64,000 nucleotides of DNA from positions 145,270 to 209,269 of the forward strand of contig RDEW01000064.1 in the NCBI GenBank assembly GCA_011109175.1, read 5' to 3'. Numbering within the stretch: position 1 is the first letter of the stretch; each line of letters begins with the position of its first letter. This document shows positions 1 through 13,848 of the stretch, in pieces. A model generated the notes under the pieces. That model did no database searches. It saw nothing but the letters and a program-made list of their open reading frames with translations, and was not told the origin of the DNA. This DNA comes from Dicyema japonicum (Eukaryota > Animalia > Dicyemida). The position numbers and the translations under genes were made by a program.

Positions 1-29
1 TTGTTATTTCACATTTCGATATATTCAAC

Positions 30-300
30 TGAAGACCCACCTCGGACAGCGCGGGGAAGTGTATTCATGTTTATTGAATAGTTGAAAATCACTGTGATTG
101 CATTAATCGCAATAGGTCCAAGGTGTTTTTGTAAAATACAAAGGATAGAATCAGGCCCACATGAGAGGGAAGAATTCTTCGACTTCAAACCCTCTGAATG
201 GGGATAAAGTTAATCAGCTGTGTTCTTTTCGCTCTTATTAGATATAAAGAAAGCCCATCCGTTTTCCTGAAAGGTTTGTGGCTTATACTGGCGTAATATT
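30..300 (-). mobile_element. Chimeric non-LTR retrotransposon RT fragments (I/Jockey-like piece joined to CRE-like piece)
   Basis: The minus strand reads ..KSKNSSLSCGPDSI..LQKHLGPIAINAITVIFNYSINMNTLP (RT N-terminal region), then VGLQLNISKCE-like sequence in another frame. Confidence 0.4.
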
Positions 301-599
301 TGATGAGCTTGCTAAAACTGTGTTAATCAATCTGTTCTCTTTTAAAATTTCCTTTTGGGCCAAATTGTTTAATTTTTCTCCATATCTGATAAACCGCTAG
401 TCTGATAAATCGTCACTTACAAAATACAACTAAATTGTCTAAAATTAAAAATCTACACATTAATAAATAATAATATACATCTCCAGCTATTAGTTATCTT
501 AAAAACGAGCTTTTTTTGTCCCTCAGATAACCAACATTTCCATCAAAAAAACGTAAATACTGTATTACCATATTTGCCAGTGACCCCCCTACTATTTAC

Positions 600-1300
600 T
601 TTGTAACGCTGTGATATTACGCGCCGAGAGAGAATAGAAACAATGAACACCCTTGTGATTTATTTTTAGTTAAGAAACAACAAATTAGAATTAGCTTAGT
701 ACCGTCGGCTAAGCAGGAAAAAACAACAGTGAATCTAGACTTTTTATGGTCTGTTGTTCTCACGAGAACAGTTTTTTTACCTTTGGAAGATAGTTTTCGA
801 TGTAGGCTTATCAAACCATATTCCAATTTACGATAACTCATTTTTTTTCTCATTTTGATTACGATGGATTGAAAGAGTTATCTTTTCCTCTAAATCTTCA
901 GGCAGTTTCTGAACATCAACTTATAGTTCTCTGTCGTATCACAAGGTCATTTCTCTTTAAAAATCGTGAACATCAACTTATAGTTCCTTTGAAATCGGTA
1001 ATCTTTCTTTGTTCGGCACAAGCCAAACCTCGCAGACGAATCATATTTCTTGTGACGACTAACCCACACTTTCTTCGACCCAGCATACAAGTTCTTGTTC
1101 AAGTGCTGGTTACTGGCAGCGTTTCCTCTATTAGCAAATTTGTTTCATCACTGATAGCTGTGTTGCATTGCGTTTCCAATCTCTTACTAGTTTCTCATTT
1201 ACGCCAAACTTTCTTGAGGCACTACAGTTGTTACCTTCTTCGGCAAGGTTTACAACTTGCAGTTTGAACTTGGCAGAGAATTTCATGATTGAATGTTTAC
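600..1300 (-). mobile_element. pogo-family DNA transposase fragment (CENP-B HTH plus start of DDE_1), degenerate
   Basis: ORF 617-853 contains GKKTVLVRTTDHKKSRFTVVFSCLADGTKL, matching the pogo/POGK motif; upstream frames give a ..ITDFKGTISWCSRFLKRNDLVIRQRT HTH. Confidence 0.75.
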
Positions 1301-1979
1301 CATTCACTTCAATAATTAGATTGATCTTTGCAAGAATTTTTTGTGAAGAGTGTAGTAATCACATCACATTAAAGCGATGAATACGAAGTTGAATTTCATG
1401 ACTCGGTGTATAAGTCAAGGTCGATTTTTTAGGTTGATTTGTGATCAAAAAAGGTCGAATTATACACCGACACATTTTTTATGGAGCGACATTCACATCA
1501 TGGAGCACACATATTATACCCAAGAGACTGGACACGACATGTGGTTATGCCAGTGGACGCAACTATGGACTTATCTGCTCTTCTTGCAGCGACTTTTTCC
1601 ACCTTGATGCATAAAAATGCCTCAGCGGGATGCATGCTCGCTCTGCTTGTGGAACTGCAGTGTCTGCATGGGTACTGGTCGGAAAACTTAGACGATCATT
1701 CCAAACGAGCCCGTCGAACCGAATGAGCCTCTGGGCCTAAATGATATGGACAACCTCTTGCTCTTCTTGTCGGATCTAAGGAAAGCCAGGAAGATTCCAA
1801 TCAGGATCCCAAGTAGGGGTGATAAAGTTAATATTTTATATTAAAATTAAACAAATTCTGTTTTTTCATTATTTTTAAACGTACTCCCTTTATTATTATT
1901 GTTAAATTTTTTTAATTTTATTTTTTTAATTATTTCAATAAATTATTATTTTACTATTAAATAAATATTAAACATCATG

Positions 1980-2800
1980 TGGTTTACACGTTTTTGGATG
2001 CCACTTATTTCTAAGTCTTCTCTGATTAAATTAGCATTAATTGTTAACGACTTTCCAAGAGAATTTCAATTACAAAATAACCATGAGTTATGTAAACTAT
2101 GTTTAACGACAATGAAGTACTTTGTTAACTTTCACAGGTTGTCAAGGAAACATAAAAATTCCGTTGGTAAGGATTTTTTGATGATATAGATAGATCGCAT
2201 GACAACATTTAGCCAACAAAAATTAAATAAATCTAAAATTGAAAACTTGGATTTGAAGGTGACAAGGTTCTTCTGAAATGTGACATTCCGCTTAACAAAT
2301 CATCAATGCCTTTGTTCATTGATCTTTTCAAATGCAACCAAATTTCCCTTCCTTTGCAATCGCAAGCAAGGAACTGTGCCAAATATTTTACAAATGAATA
2401 CATAGCTTCATTAGGGGCATATTTAAGTATTTCATCGAATTTTATTTTCTAGAGAACAAAAAAAATTTGCGATAACCGATGAAACTCAAATTATTTTACA
2501 TAATTGTTCAATGGAGGTCAGGAAATCTTATCCAGAAGTAGATGATGTGATAGCTTCCGAAATTGGAATTCCTTCCAAAGTCGTATTGACGAGATGGGTA
2601 CCTGCTTGAAGGCTACATTTTTTATTCAAAAATTTTAATCCCAGTAATTAACATTTTTGAGTTAATTGAGGATGAAGGCATTTTAGTAACTTGAATGCAT
2701 TGAAAAGTGAAAAAATAGAACAGAGCTTATGAGCATAACTATTCACATATTCCAGGTTGTTCATATATAGTAATTAATCACAAAAAAATATTACAATTTG
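1980..2800 (+). mobile_element. Degenerate hAT (CGGBP1-like) transposase fragment
   Basis: N-terminal FPREFQLQNNHELCKLC zinc-finger-like stretch, and IPSKVVLTRW (cf. PxPxxTRWGTW) near 2565-2600; frameshifted. Confidence 0.45.
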
Positions 2801-2899
2801 GAAATAACGAGTCCACAATATAGTACGCATATTCGACGCTTAGTGCAATAGATTTTGGGAAAGATGAAACAGGGGTTAAAAAAAACAATATTTGGAGAA

Positions 2900-3150
2900 G
2901 AGAATTTTGGAAAGTGACCTAACTAAAATTATTAATATGGAATGTAATAATGTCTCTCCTGAAGATTATTCGTTCCTTCTGAATTGTCAGCCATCCTCGG
3001 CAACTGTCGAATGATGTTTTTCGCAATTCAAGAGTTTTTTGAAGACAAACAGAGATTTTTTGTACACGAAATCTGGAAGATAATGTAATGTCCATTTTCA
3101 ATAAATAGTCTTTAAAACAACATTTGTTAATTTTTTTAATTTTAAGGTTA
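2900..3150 (-). mobile_element. Tigger/pogo CENP-B HTH fragment
   Basis: ORF 2919-3173 has SFDSCRGWLTIQKERIIFRR, resembling the FKASxGWLxxFKxR helix-turn-helix. Confidence 0.4.
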
Positions 3151-3169
3151 AAAAATGTTTGCGCTAATC

Positions 3170-3735
3170 CCAAGAACTATCCAGATCCCCGCGGCTACAT
3201 GCCTGGTCTCTGCAATTGACGACGCTCTCACGTCCGACGAACAAGAGGCCTGGCTAAAACTCCTCAGTCGGTATAAGGAACGAATACAAGGTGTTTTTTG
3301 GACAGAAAGACGAACAAAATACACACATTGGGGTCAAGTTGGACATCTGCAATGCCTTCAATTCACTGCGAAGGGATCAAATTTTAGAAATTACAAGCAA
3401 ACGAGCCCCGGAACTTATTCCACTCGTCTACCTCGCTTACTGAACCAATTCTTCACTGGTTTTTTATTTTATTGAACCAAAAAAACTACCGTCATATTCA
3501 AAATAACAAAATCCAGATGATCCCAGCCTCCCTCAACAGTCTCCACATCTTTTCTCAGTGTTCCGACTGCGTTCCTTCGCATTTCCGATATGGACGGGGT
3601 CCGCATACTCATTTTCGGGGACAAGATTATCTGTTTGGAGACTGGAGTCCAACAAGGGGACCCAATTGGTTCACGATGAAATTGTCCGCTCTATCAACAA
3701 AGAACTAAACCTCTGGCATCTTGATGACGCTGTGT
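3170..3735 (+). mobile_element. CRE-like non-LTR retrotransposon fragments (N-terminal piece and RT core)
   Basis: Across frameshifts: DCVPSHFRY..ILIFGDKIICLETGVQQGDPIG..IVRSINKELNLWHLDDA (xLDD catalytic motif). Confidence 0.6.
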
Positions 3736-4199
3736 ACATATTTGTATGAGTACATATATGACGCTGTGTACATGTAGTAACACAGTCATTCCTGAGTATA
3801 AAAGTTTATTTTTTTAATTTCATAGAAAATGAGAGATCGGATGATGTTTTTCCAAGAACATCATAAGATTTTTATGTGGAACATATTTCGAATGTTTCAG
3901 GTATTTATTGTATAAAGTCTGCTAGAAAACTTAGATTCAAAACATTTTGATCTTAATTTTTCTCAGCAAATCTAAATTCATCCTATTTTAAGCGGATGAA
4001 CAAAAAAATGAACGTTCATTTAACAAAGTATGATATTTGTATTGGAAGTGAGGTATTTTTAGTGAATATATTTAGATACGAGTTTTAAAGGATTATGGGA
4101 CAAATTGAAGCTCCATATGAAGAGCCAAGTAAAATTACTCAAATTTTGTCAAAAAACCGAATAGAGGTTTATTTACGTTTTTATCACAGATTAAGGCAG

Positions 4200-5340
4200 G
4201 ATCAGGAGAATTTAAAATAGTCAACTAGTCGAGTCAAGAAAATCCAGACTTAAAAAAATACATTCTTTGATTAGAACCCAATTAGTGTTAATTTGATATG
4301 ACATGTCGTAAATTCTTTGATTTTTGATAAGAAATGACAAGTGATGTGATTGACAGGTGAAATGTAACCAGCATGGATGGGTAACCCGTGCGGGACGAGA
4401 CATATTATGATTTAATTAATATCCTGGTTGGACAAATAAATCACAGCTATACTCTCGTCTCTGAAAGAATAGTTTCATTTCAAAAAACGAGGAGAGAAGG
4501 AATCGAATTTGATAGGTGTTAAAGAACGGACGGTTTTCCTCAGATTCATGCAGAACGACGTAAGCATTATAATAATTAATCATATAAGGACTTAAATTAG
4601 TAGCTTCACTCACACACGATTACTCTCATAATGAAGAGGATGTTCGAACAGTAGAGAACGATGATGGGATCACTGACTCTATAAGGAACACCTTCATTTT
4701 ACTGCGAATACTGCAATATAAGCAAAAGGAACCCATATAATAGAATGTTCTTACCAGAAGGGTAACTCTTTTTGAAAGACTGCGAAACTGATGAAAACAC
4801 TCCCTGAGGACGAGGACGTTTATCTTCCCTACCCATAAACAACACAGTAAAACGAAGCACAAAATTAATAAAAACCAACCATAACCCCTCTCTAGAACAC
4901 CAATTGGAGTGATCCTCTATCAAATACTCCAAAACATCACCAAACGGAACTGGATCTTTCTCCACAAACTTACAGGTACACAATGACAGCTTGAATCACA
5001 CAAGTTCAACTTGAAAATGAAATGAGCACCACATCTACGCCACGAACTCCAGCACCCCAATGAATCTCCGTCTTATACGAACCTGTATCGGCCAAATCAT
5101 AACTAAAGTGTAGTTCGGAATATAAATCAGTGGGGAAGTTCTCAGAAAGATGATATTCTAGAAATTCTTTTGAATAATTAAATCCAAGTTGTTCCGTTGA
5201 CTCAAATCCTTGAAATCCAGTATAAAAAACACTCCTAGGGGATAGTAACGAAGAAAGCTTTATTTCTACATTCTACCTGACATAGTTTCACTAGTGATTG
5301 TGCAGGTATCAATTATTTTGCAAAGTGTTCTCAAAAGTTC
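4200..5340 (-). pseudogene. Unidentified intron-containing host gene fragment, abutted by a LINE 3' end
   Basis: Stop-free frame FYTGFQGFESTEQLGFNYSKEFLEYHLSENFPTDLYSELHFSYDLADTGSYKTEIHWGAGVRGVD, then a 23-nt gtggtgctcatttcattttcaag intron and further exon-like frames; no family recognised. Confidence 0.3.
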
Positions 5341-5348
5341 TCATACAA

Positions 5349-6060
5349 CTAAGTGATCTCAGACCGACAAAGGAGAGGACGTGTCCGGCAGGGTCGAGAA
5401 TCCTGAACAGCTCTTCTTATTCGACATGGTATCGGCTTAAAATTTATGTATGATTGTAGATAATTCGACAGTGTATGGAATAGAGGGCAGCTCGGTAAAC
5501 TAGCCTCTTTTAAGAGTTTCCGTTGTAATTCGATTAAGAAATTTTCAATGGGCTGAATTTTGTGTTCTGGTCTAATTAACCTTATTGCGGTCTCCTCGAT
5601 TGCGGATAGTTTCAATGAGGAGGATCGTGAAATCTGTATTGCCCACGAAGGACTTGCATACGTCATCGTTGGCCGGATAAATTGTTCATAAATCGTGCCA
5701 AGGGTCCCAGTTCTGTCTCTAAGTGTTTTTGAGAGCATTTTTAAAATTCTCATTTTCTTCAGAGCAGAAGTTACTATGTTCTCAACATGTCGGATAAAGG
5801 TGAGTCCCTGATCAAAGGTGACTTCCAGAATCTTCGGTGTTTTGTTAATAGGAATAGCCTCATTCTTCATAAAGATTTCTGGTTCGACACAAAGCTGTCT
5901 TTTGTAAGTGGTAAACAGTGTGACAGAGGACTTTGTTGCTGATGCGTCGCGTCTCCGCTTCGAGAGCCATAGTTCCAGCTTGTCAAGCATTTGTTGAGCG
6001 GACTAAGTCGCTGATTAAATACTTCTGTCCGTAGAGGCAAGAATGGTATAGTGGCATAGG
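5349..6060 (-). mobile_element. LINE (I/Jockey-like) RT C-terminal/thumb fragment
   Basis: ORF 5349-5990: KSSVTLFT..PKILEVTFDQGLTFIRHV..IYEQFIRPTMTYASPSW, ending EIT*. Confidence 0.8.
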
Positions 6061-6869
6061 AGAGGATCAGACAGTTTTAATTAAAAGTTTATTAACATAA
6101 AAATAAAACTGCAATAAATTAGAGAATGCGACGAGAATTGGTAATTGAATTATGATTCACTAAAAACAATTATAAATTATAAAACTTAAATACACTTATT
6201 TATAGTTTTTTGCATAAATTATCAATATCTCGTCAAATCGTTGACAACGTCACTTGCATTAATATTTTTAAAATTTTACCGTTTGTTGTATTTCATATTA
6301 TGCAGCGTAGAAAAACTTGTTTCGCATAAATTTTTCGTTGAAAATTGTAAAATAATAGACAGTCTTTGTGTAGATAATCTGGGATATATGTTACTAACAT
6401 ATATTCAGAATTCTCCAATTTTTACTCCAACACTATTGATTTTATGAATCGATCATTAAACAGTTCAATAAGTTCTTCAATCTCTTCAACAGATAAGTGT
6501 TTTGACTCTGACAGAAAGAATGATTATCAAGTTTTCGCCAATGATATTAGGTTTCAGTTATTTTACTATCAATTGCTTTGGTATCAATAAAATCACACTT
6601 TTAACACATTTGGCACACCTAAAAAATACCATTGTCAAAATCGAACGTGGACAACAGTCGCACATTACACACAAGTGATTCTCCTCTCTCAAACTAGCGC
6701 CCACGAGGAATGACACAAAACGATCATTTGTCTCACAAAAGCTAGTAATAGGTGTCTTCTTTCTTTATACAATCTTCCGGGTGTTTTCACGTGATCACGG
6801 TTAATCACAAAAGCAAGCACAAATGACACAAAATAAATAAAAATAAATCAGAGATTTAAACAAGTCAAG

Positions 6870-7640
6870 TCCCTGTGCTGTGTAGCATCAATTAATCTAC
6901 TAATATCATCCTTAACTGAATAAGGGATATCCCAAGCACATTAAGAGTACGCATAAATCTCCTCAACAGCAAATTTATGTTCCATACTCTACAATAACAA
7001 AAATATTACAATGAGCCAAATCCACGTGTTAACATGGCACACCAGAGTGAAATTATCTTCCACCAGTTTACTCATCACGACAAAAAATCTCTGCAACACA
7101 CGATAAGAAGCGGATGGAAGCATAGTCAATGCCACTTGCAAAGCGGAGAGATTCTTAGCCAACAAACAGGCCTTAATGACGCACCCACAGGCAGAGGGTA
7201 TAACCTCCTCAAACACCAGCATTCTATAGTAATTGGCAATAAAGGAGAACATAGTCTCAATCATCTCAAAGCTCAGATTAAGGACATCTACAAAATAACC
7301 AGTCAATACTACTTTTAATCAACTCCCAATAATTGGCATCCAACAATCGGGGGAGACTGGTGTCACAGTAATCATTGACTCCTTTAATAACCCCCATTTG
7401 TTGGCAATTGTCAATATAATGCATATTGTCCATCATTTTACGTCAATCCACTACCTCTTCTATGATATTCAGAGAATTTGTTAGTACTTGATCATCACCT
7501 CCCTTCAGTTCCTTCCACAGACTACAATGAGTACATAAAGTACAAGTCCACACAAACGTCCCCATATAATAGCTCAATTTGCCTGGGGGTGAGTACTGCA
7601 CAGTTAATCTGATTTTTTGTGGGCACGGAGAGTGTCATCA
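6870..7640 (-). pseudogene. Copy 1 of an unidentified multi-copy host gene fragment
   Basis: Diverged by a few percent from 20075-20450 and 20807-21600; the minus frame is helical-protein-like and contains a 22-nt gtactttatgtactcattgtag intron. Confidence 0.45.
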
Positions 7641-10600
7641 TTGAAACTATCAAATCTTCGGTCTGGTTGCTGAGAGTACTGATATTCCTCTCACATCCGA
7701 AACTGGAATATATAAAGAATTTCGCCTGTAGAGAGTATCCCCATCTGAAAAGGGAGCACAGTAAGATTTATTGACGGGTACTATGATTCCACATTGGAGG
7801 TACTTTTCTAGTAGTTTGACCACCTTTGAACTGTGGAATGAGAATTGACTAAACCGAGGGAATCAACGTCTGTAGAATGGACACTCGAAAATCATAAAGT
7901 GATGGAGATGGTGAACAGCATCATTCCCATTAAAACAGTTTAAATAGATCTTCCATTTGCTCCTGTATATTCTCAGCGGTAGTGTTGTCTTTAGTTTTGC
8001 CACCAATGACAATCACTATGCTTTAATTTATAATAGAAACAATTTTTGTAGCTATTTGACTATTATTTCAATGTCTTGTAAAATCCATACGTATAATCGC
8101 CGGCAATTTATTTATAATTTAAATTTAATTTTTTAAATATTTTTTTAATAATTTTATTTAATATTAATTTGTCAATCTATTTTTTTTAAACTTAGAACTT
8201 ATTCCTTGGTGGCTAATTCGTACAGGGATTTTAGGGATTTGCCTAGCGCCAGTTCGTAAACAGCCATAGGTTCGGTAAGGAAAGAGAAGTATTTCTTTAG
8301 AGCAGTGGTTCCCAAATAGAAAGGCCGTAGATAACCTTCGACCAGGAAGAATTGAACTCACGGATAATTGGTTTTATGTATTTTTAAAATCATTTGTGCT
8401 TTTTTGTGAACTGTCCCTTCATTATAAAGTTTTTTAGTTCTGTCCATTTAACAACCCCCCTATTGACGGATTATTTAAAACAGTCGATATTGAAAATCAA
8501 TTATTTTTGAAAAAATGAATGCCTAAATTAACTTTATATAAGTGAAGCCTCTGACACGTGATCATACAATTTTGGCCGGACTGATTTGAACACAGATACT
8601 TTGCAATTTCACACTCTTTGTTGAGTTCATAAATTTTGGTTTCTGATGTCTCTCATATTCGCCACCTCGTCTTGCAGACTTGTGCCTGCAGCAGCGGGTT
8701 ACGAGAGATGAACAGTTTTAAAGAATCTCGAAGGGAATAGTTTTCAAAGTAGACGACTACATCTAAAATTCAAAATTAGCAAAACAGGAAGTTTTTTAAA
8801 GAATTTGTGAAAAAACCGGAATCCTAATGACATTTCCGAAATTCTCAAAAGCATCTCGTACATACAGGAAGTGCATTGGTTTCCGGGACGAGCAGAGAGC
8901 ATAGATGGGGCCGGGATCATTGAGGGCCATGTATTTCCTTTTAATTTGTTGGTGATTTTTCGTTCAAATAAATAAACTGATTAGAATCTTTATCATAGGT
9001 ATTGCCGACAACAATGGTCTTACTGAGCGTTTTGAAAAAAAATTTTCGTTTCAAAGTTGAGTCGCGTCGTAAGACGATCCTGACTTTGTTAGCGACACCT
9101 TTACGCATTCTCTCGTACGCTCTAGAAATTTCGGAACCGATTGTGATGAAACAGAAGCGATCTCCGAGGGCGAGAGTTTCTTCAACATCTACCTTTAATA
9201 AAACGATTTTTTAATTTCTAAAAAATATAAATTTGTAAGCAATTCTCGTGATAAAGTGCATTCTTTTTTACTATTTGTATTGAAAGTGCTCTAACATTCA
9301 TATCTTTTCTCGACTGTTTTTTCCATTACTTTTTGCTATTAACGAAGGATGAGCTTAATCGAAGTGTTCTCTTAAGGTTGCGTATTTTTTCCTCTAGCGA
9401 ATTAGGTTCATCGTGTCACTTAGCCTAAATAATTGAATACTTCTCTTCCTCTAGTAGGAGAAGCTCAATGGCTGGCCAGAATTCAAAAGGATTCTTTCAT
9501 CCAAATAGAGACTGTTCACCTTGCTCAGGAGACCCCTAATGCCTGGTTGAATTCAAAAGGATTCTTCTTTTTATCAAACTGGAGACTATTTCGCTCCCTG
9601 GAGACGTGTTCTGGTTTTAACCATATAGCTGAGGCTCAAATGGAACTCGTCAAGAAAAAACTCACTAACTAGGTGATCTCAGCGTCTAACATTTCACAAA
9701 CTCTCCATAAATGTTGCACTCGCGACTCAACTGCAATCCGAATCTCGATCTTGTTATAAATTTACATAACTCATAATTTGCCTTTAATTATAAAAATATT
9801 ATAAATTGAATAAATAATATTTTTAGACTGGTTAACCAATTATTATAACACGCGCACATGCAATTAGAATGATTTTCTAGTAGTGCAGATATATATACTT
9901 CTTCCGATTTTTTTGTTATTGATTTCGATCTGGTTGTTATCAAAATGATAAAGATTCAACTATTTCGGTAACTTCAATCAAGCAGTATTGCTTCAATAAC
10001 AACAATTCCCCCTTATTTTATTTTTTTCACATGCAGTTCACTATCGAATTATTTTTATACTCCAAGTACAAATTTATTTTTATAAAAACAATGTTAACAC
10101 ATCAATGGAAGGAATTCATGAGACCTAATCCATTTTTGTCCCACGTTTTACCCTCGCGGACATCACTTCATTCTTTAGCGGAATAGTTTTCATAATGCAA
10201 TCTTCATCAGAGGATTTGGTCAGGGAGAAATGTAGGAAGATCCTTTTTAACAACTGTGTCGTGCCTGAAGGACTCGTTGTCTCACGGGTGGGATCTGTTT
10301 GACAAGAATTGACCTTCGCTGAAAACTCTATCTTTCGGATTTGAACCCACGACATTTCCATTTTGAATAATCCCGTACAGGCTATTGCTCCATACTTATG
10401 TGAGATATCCACCGAATGCTGTTCTTTTATAATCTGTGTGTTCATTCTTTAGATTTTATTTTTTGACCATATGTTGCAATAAACATTGGAGGTGGTTTAT
10501 TAAACGATTCAGAGGCATCTCTTAACCACGTATATTCCGAAGGAGTTAATATTTAACAAATACTTAATGTGCCCTATTACAATGATTGTATATATGGATT

Positions 10601-10959
10601 AATTTCCGACGTATTGACTCATTACATAATATTAATTTCCAATTGAAATACTAAAAACGTCATTTAGCATGGATAAACCAAATAATATTGCGTTAAATGT
10701 GGAAATAATATTATCTTACTCGGAAATATACAAGTGTCTTCCAATTGATCACTTGCATTAAGACTCATCGTTGTAATTTTATTATTTATTTAACCCCAAG
10801 ACCACCAGGAAACATAGGATTTTAATTTAAATTTTGTTTAATAAATTGTTTTATATTAATTTATTATAGAAAACTAATGTATTAAAATGCACTATATAAA
10901 CAATTCATTGAACCATGAATCTCTTATGCATGTGGTATATAGCGCACATTCATCTCTTG

Positions 10960-11205
10960 GACAAATGTCTTGAAGATCGAGGATATCCGAAAAAGAGTTC
11001 CCAAAATCATGGAACGCTGGATTTCTGGAGAGTTCCAGCCATCAATGCCTCTTGAAGCCTTGATACGAATGAACTATGGAACCCGCCGTCGTGACTGCGA
11101 AGGTCTAGTCACTCGACCGATACGCGCTTGTGTGGGGTCGAGGGAGCATCGAGCCAAGATGCGGTTCCTGCTAGAGCGTGCTGGGTTCATGTGATTAGTT
11201 AGTAA
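10960..11205 (+). mobile_element. LINE 3' end (family whose ORF ends ..AGIT*/AGFM*)
   Basis: Homologous to the reverse complement of 62440-62610; ORF ends LLERAGFM* followed by ttagttag. Confidence 0.5.
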
Positions 11206-11699
11206 GATCTAAATCTATGTAATAACGCGGAACGAAGTTCAAGCTGTATTATCACGTTATCCATTCCGAAATAACATGTAATAACTATATATTTCCCCCT
11301 CTATGCATTTGGGGACAATTGATCAGTAGGCTAGTTGTCCCTTTGCCTTATCAGAATTTCCATTAATAAATTTTGCGACCAATCTACCAAAATGTCTTAT
11401 CCTCCATAAAATTGAATTTTATCAACCAGACATAGAATTCAAATATATTGAACTAGAAAAACATCGTCATAGTCATAATGAAAAAACTCAGGTGATCCCA
11501 GCCTACCTCAGCAGTCTTTGCAAGATTGGACTTGAAGGAAATGCCGTCCAAGGAGAATTTCTTTGGATGGTTGTTGACTAATGGGACTTTTTTTAGTAAC
11601 AATAACAATTTTTTAACAAAGAAGTTGAGGAGTTTTCTCGAGGGTATTACTTACGAGTCCTACCATAAGGCATAGACTCCACACCAAGACCCTTCCGCT

Positions 11700-12050
11700 T
11701 TTTTAAAATTTTTTTTTCAGAACGTTTTGCCCAGTTTTAATTTGTGTCCTGGATCCTTGATTTCCTCCTGAAAGCATAGATCCGACCCTCCACAATCCTA
11801 TAATCAGTTCTAAAGCTTGTCTTCGTACTCTTCGGCAGTCTATCAGTTTTTTGATTAAGGAGACTTACTGGCCGGTCGCCTTGTCTGCTCTAGAAGCGAT
11901 AAGATCTTCTCCCTCTTGTGAGCCAAGAACCACCCTTCGACCCATAAAGTAGGCTAGGGAGAATAGCTCCCTTGAAGATGAACGGCTGACTTGTAACTTT
12001 CGTGTACTTCCTTCTTTCCCTTTCGTCGTCCATGTAATATCCTGCGTGTC
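11700..12050 (-). mobile_element. RTE-clade LINE C-terminal fragment
   Basis: The minus frame IFKGAILPSLLYGSK resembles the RTE motif VYKAIVLPTLLYGSE. Confidence 0.45.
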
Positions 12051-13633
12051 CATAGTTGACCCCCAGATAGCTCAGACTCGTGCATTGTTTACTCTCAAAG
12101 TGTATTATCGTTTTAGGTATTTTTTCATATTATTTATTTGGATTTCACATGATTTTTCAGCAGAGGGCCCACACACTAACAATTCATGCTCAGTAGAGTC
12201 AAAAGGGAAGAGGATGAACAGAAACAAACAAAAAATCTTCAATTCAAGTAGCCACATAAATCGACTCTATCATTGGCGGCACGTGGCATAGTTGAGTATT
12301 AAAATACATAGGATTTCCAAAATCAAGCATCATTGCTCTGAATAAATTTCACACATTTTAATTTTAAAATATTAACTGATGTGAATTGATTAAGTCCGTC
12401 TCAAATAATTCGTCTCCTCTTAGAGCCAGGCCTACCCCTACATTAAGGCTCTTTGTACTAAATAGTTTGGCTCGTCATGGAATGAGTATTTAATTCCTTA
12501 ATTTCATCGTTCAAACGTCAAATAAGCAGCATCCCCCAATCGGTTGGATGTTTTCAAATCCATGGCATCGGGAATTCACTCGACAATGAGAATCTTTGTA
12601 TTGGCAATTCATATCGCTTTGGCTTGGGTGTTCATGAGTTACACCGATGGTTCTTGGAAGATGATTGATAGAAAAGAGTCTTTCGAGGATTTTTCTATTT
12701 CAGTCTTAAAATTATCTTCAGCATTTTTGTAGAGGTCAGAGGGTTTGTTTCAGACATTACAGCTAATTAATGCGGCAATGGAAGATAACCTTATTGAAAG
12801 ATCAAGGAACATCTTTAATCATTGGGACAACTCCCACGTCTCATTTATTGAGTCCATTTGTTTAGTATAACAAGGTGTTAGACCTCTGAGTCGACAGAAG
12901 TAATTTCAGTGCTTACACTCTTATTAATATGTATGTCCCCCTTTTCTTTCTGCCAAATGTTTTCTTTCTGAAATTTCTACTCAACTCAAATAACCCTATC
13001 ATTTACAATGAACTCAATTTTTCTGACTCACAATGATATTTGGTTCAGTTCTCAGATACCAGAGAAGGATATACTTCATGTAGTCAAGCTTTAGGACAGT
13101 ATTTACAATGAACTCAATTTTTCTGACTCACAATGATATTTGGTTCAGTTCTCAGATACCAGAGAAGGATATACTTCATGTAGTCAAGCTTTAGGACAGT
13201 GTACTGAGTAGTGCAAGTGAAATTTATGAAGAATGATGAGAGTTACCACAATTCCACTATGAGAGCTGACCAGTAAGTGATCTGTAAATTTAGATATGGC
13301 TCATACTCTAAAATTTTGCAAAAAATCAATATTTTCTTTAGTCAAAAGTCCAGTTTTTTTCATAGTCGCAAGCTGAACCACAATGTGATTCTTATTGATA
13401 TTTTTATTGCCTCAGAGAAAGTATAATTTACATAAAACCCAAAAGCTACAAATATTTTATCTAAAATTTGATTTTATCAGTTAAATTGGAAAAATCAACA
13501 AAAATGGGAGAGTAAAGACCAAGTCTAGATGTTAGTAGTATAATTAACAACTATCCATTTGTTGAATCCCATAATTAGAAGACCGATTGGGATTAATGAG
13601 ATCAGAGATAATTTTTGACTTGAACTTTGACCG

Positions 13634-13848
13634 GCTTGACGAGTGGCGCCGTCATCAGTGGATACTCACTGCGGAACTGGATTGTCTAGAAAGGACCCAC
13701 ACACAAGAAAAAGAAAAAAAGAAGTGAAGATCATTCCTTGGCTCTACGATTAGTTAAAATTAACTGTTCTATACTTAAATAAAGTGTGTATCCTGCTTAT
13801 GCAGAGCTATAGATATTATGGCTCTCGTGAAAAGGCTGTTATTATTAT
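13634..13848 (+). mobile_element. 5'-truncated copy of tRNA-derived SINE (family A)
   Basis: About 12 substitutions and one short indel versus the reverse complement of 63525-63735; ends in a (tta)n tail. Confidence 0.75.

Noticed and set aside
11312-11341. Hairpin GGGACAA..TTGTCCC containing TGATCAGTAG (SRP-like word)
   Set aside because: It is isolated and short, with no other SRP or snRNA features.
12300-13260. Long plus-strand frame with few stops (ORF 12544-12732 and continuation)
   Set aside because: No recognisable motif and several stops; it cannot be supported as a gene or transposon.
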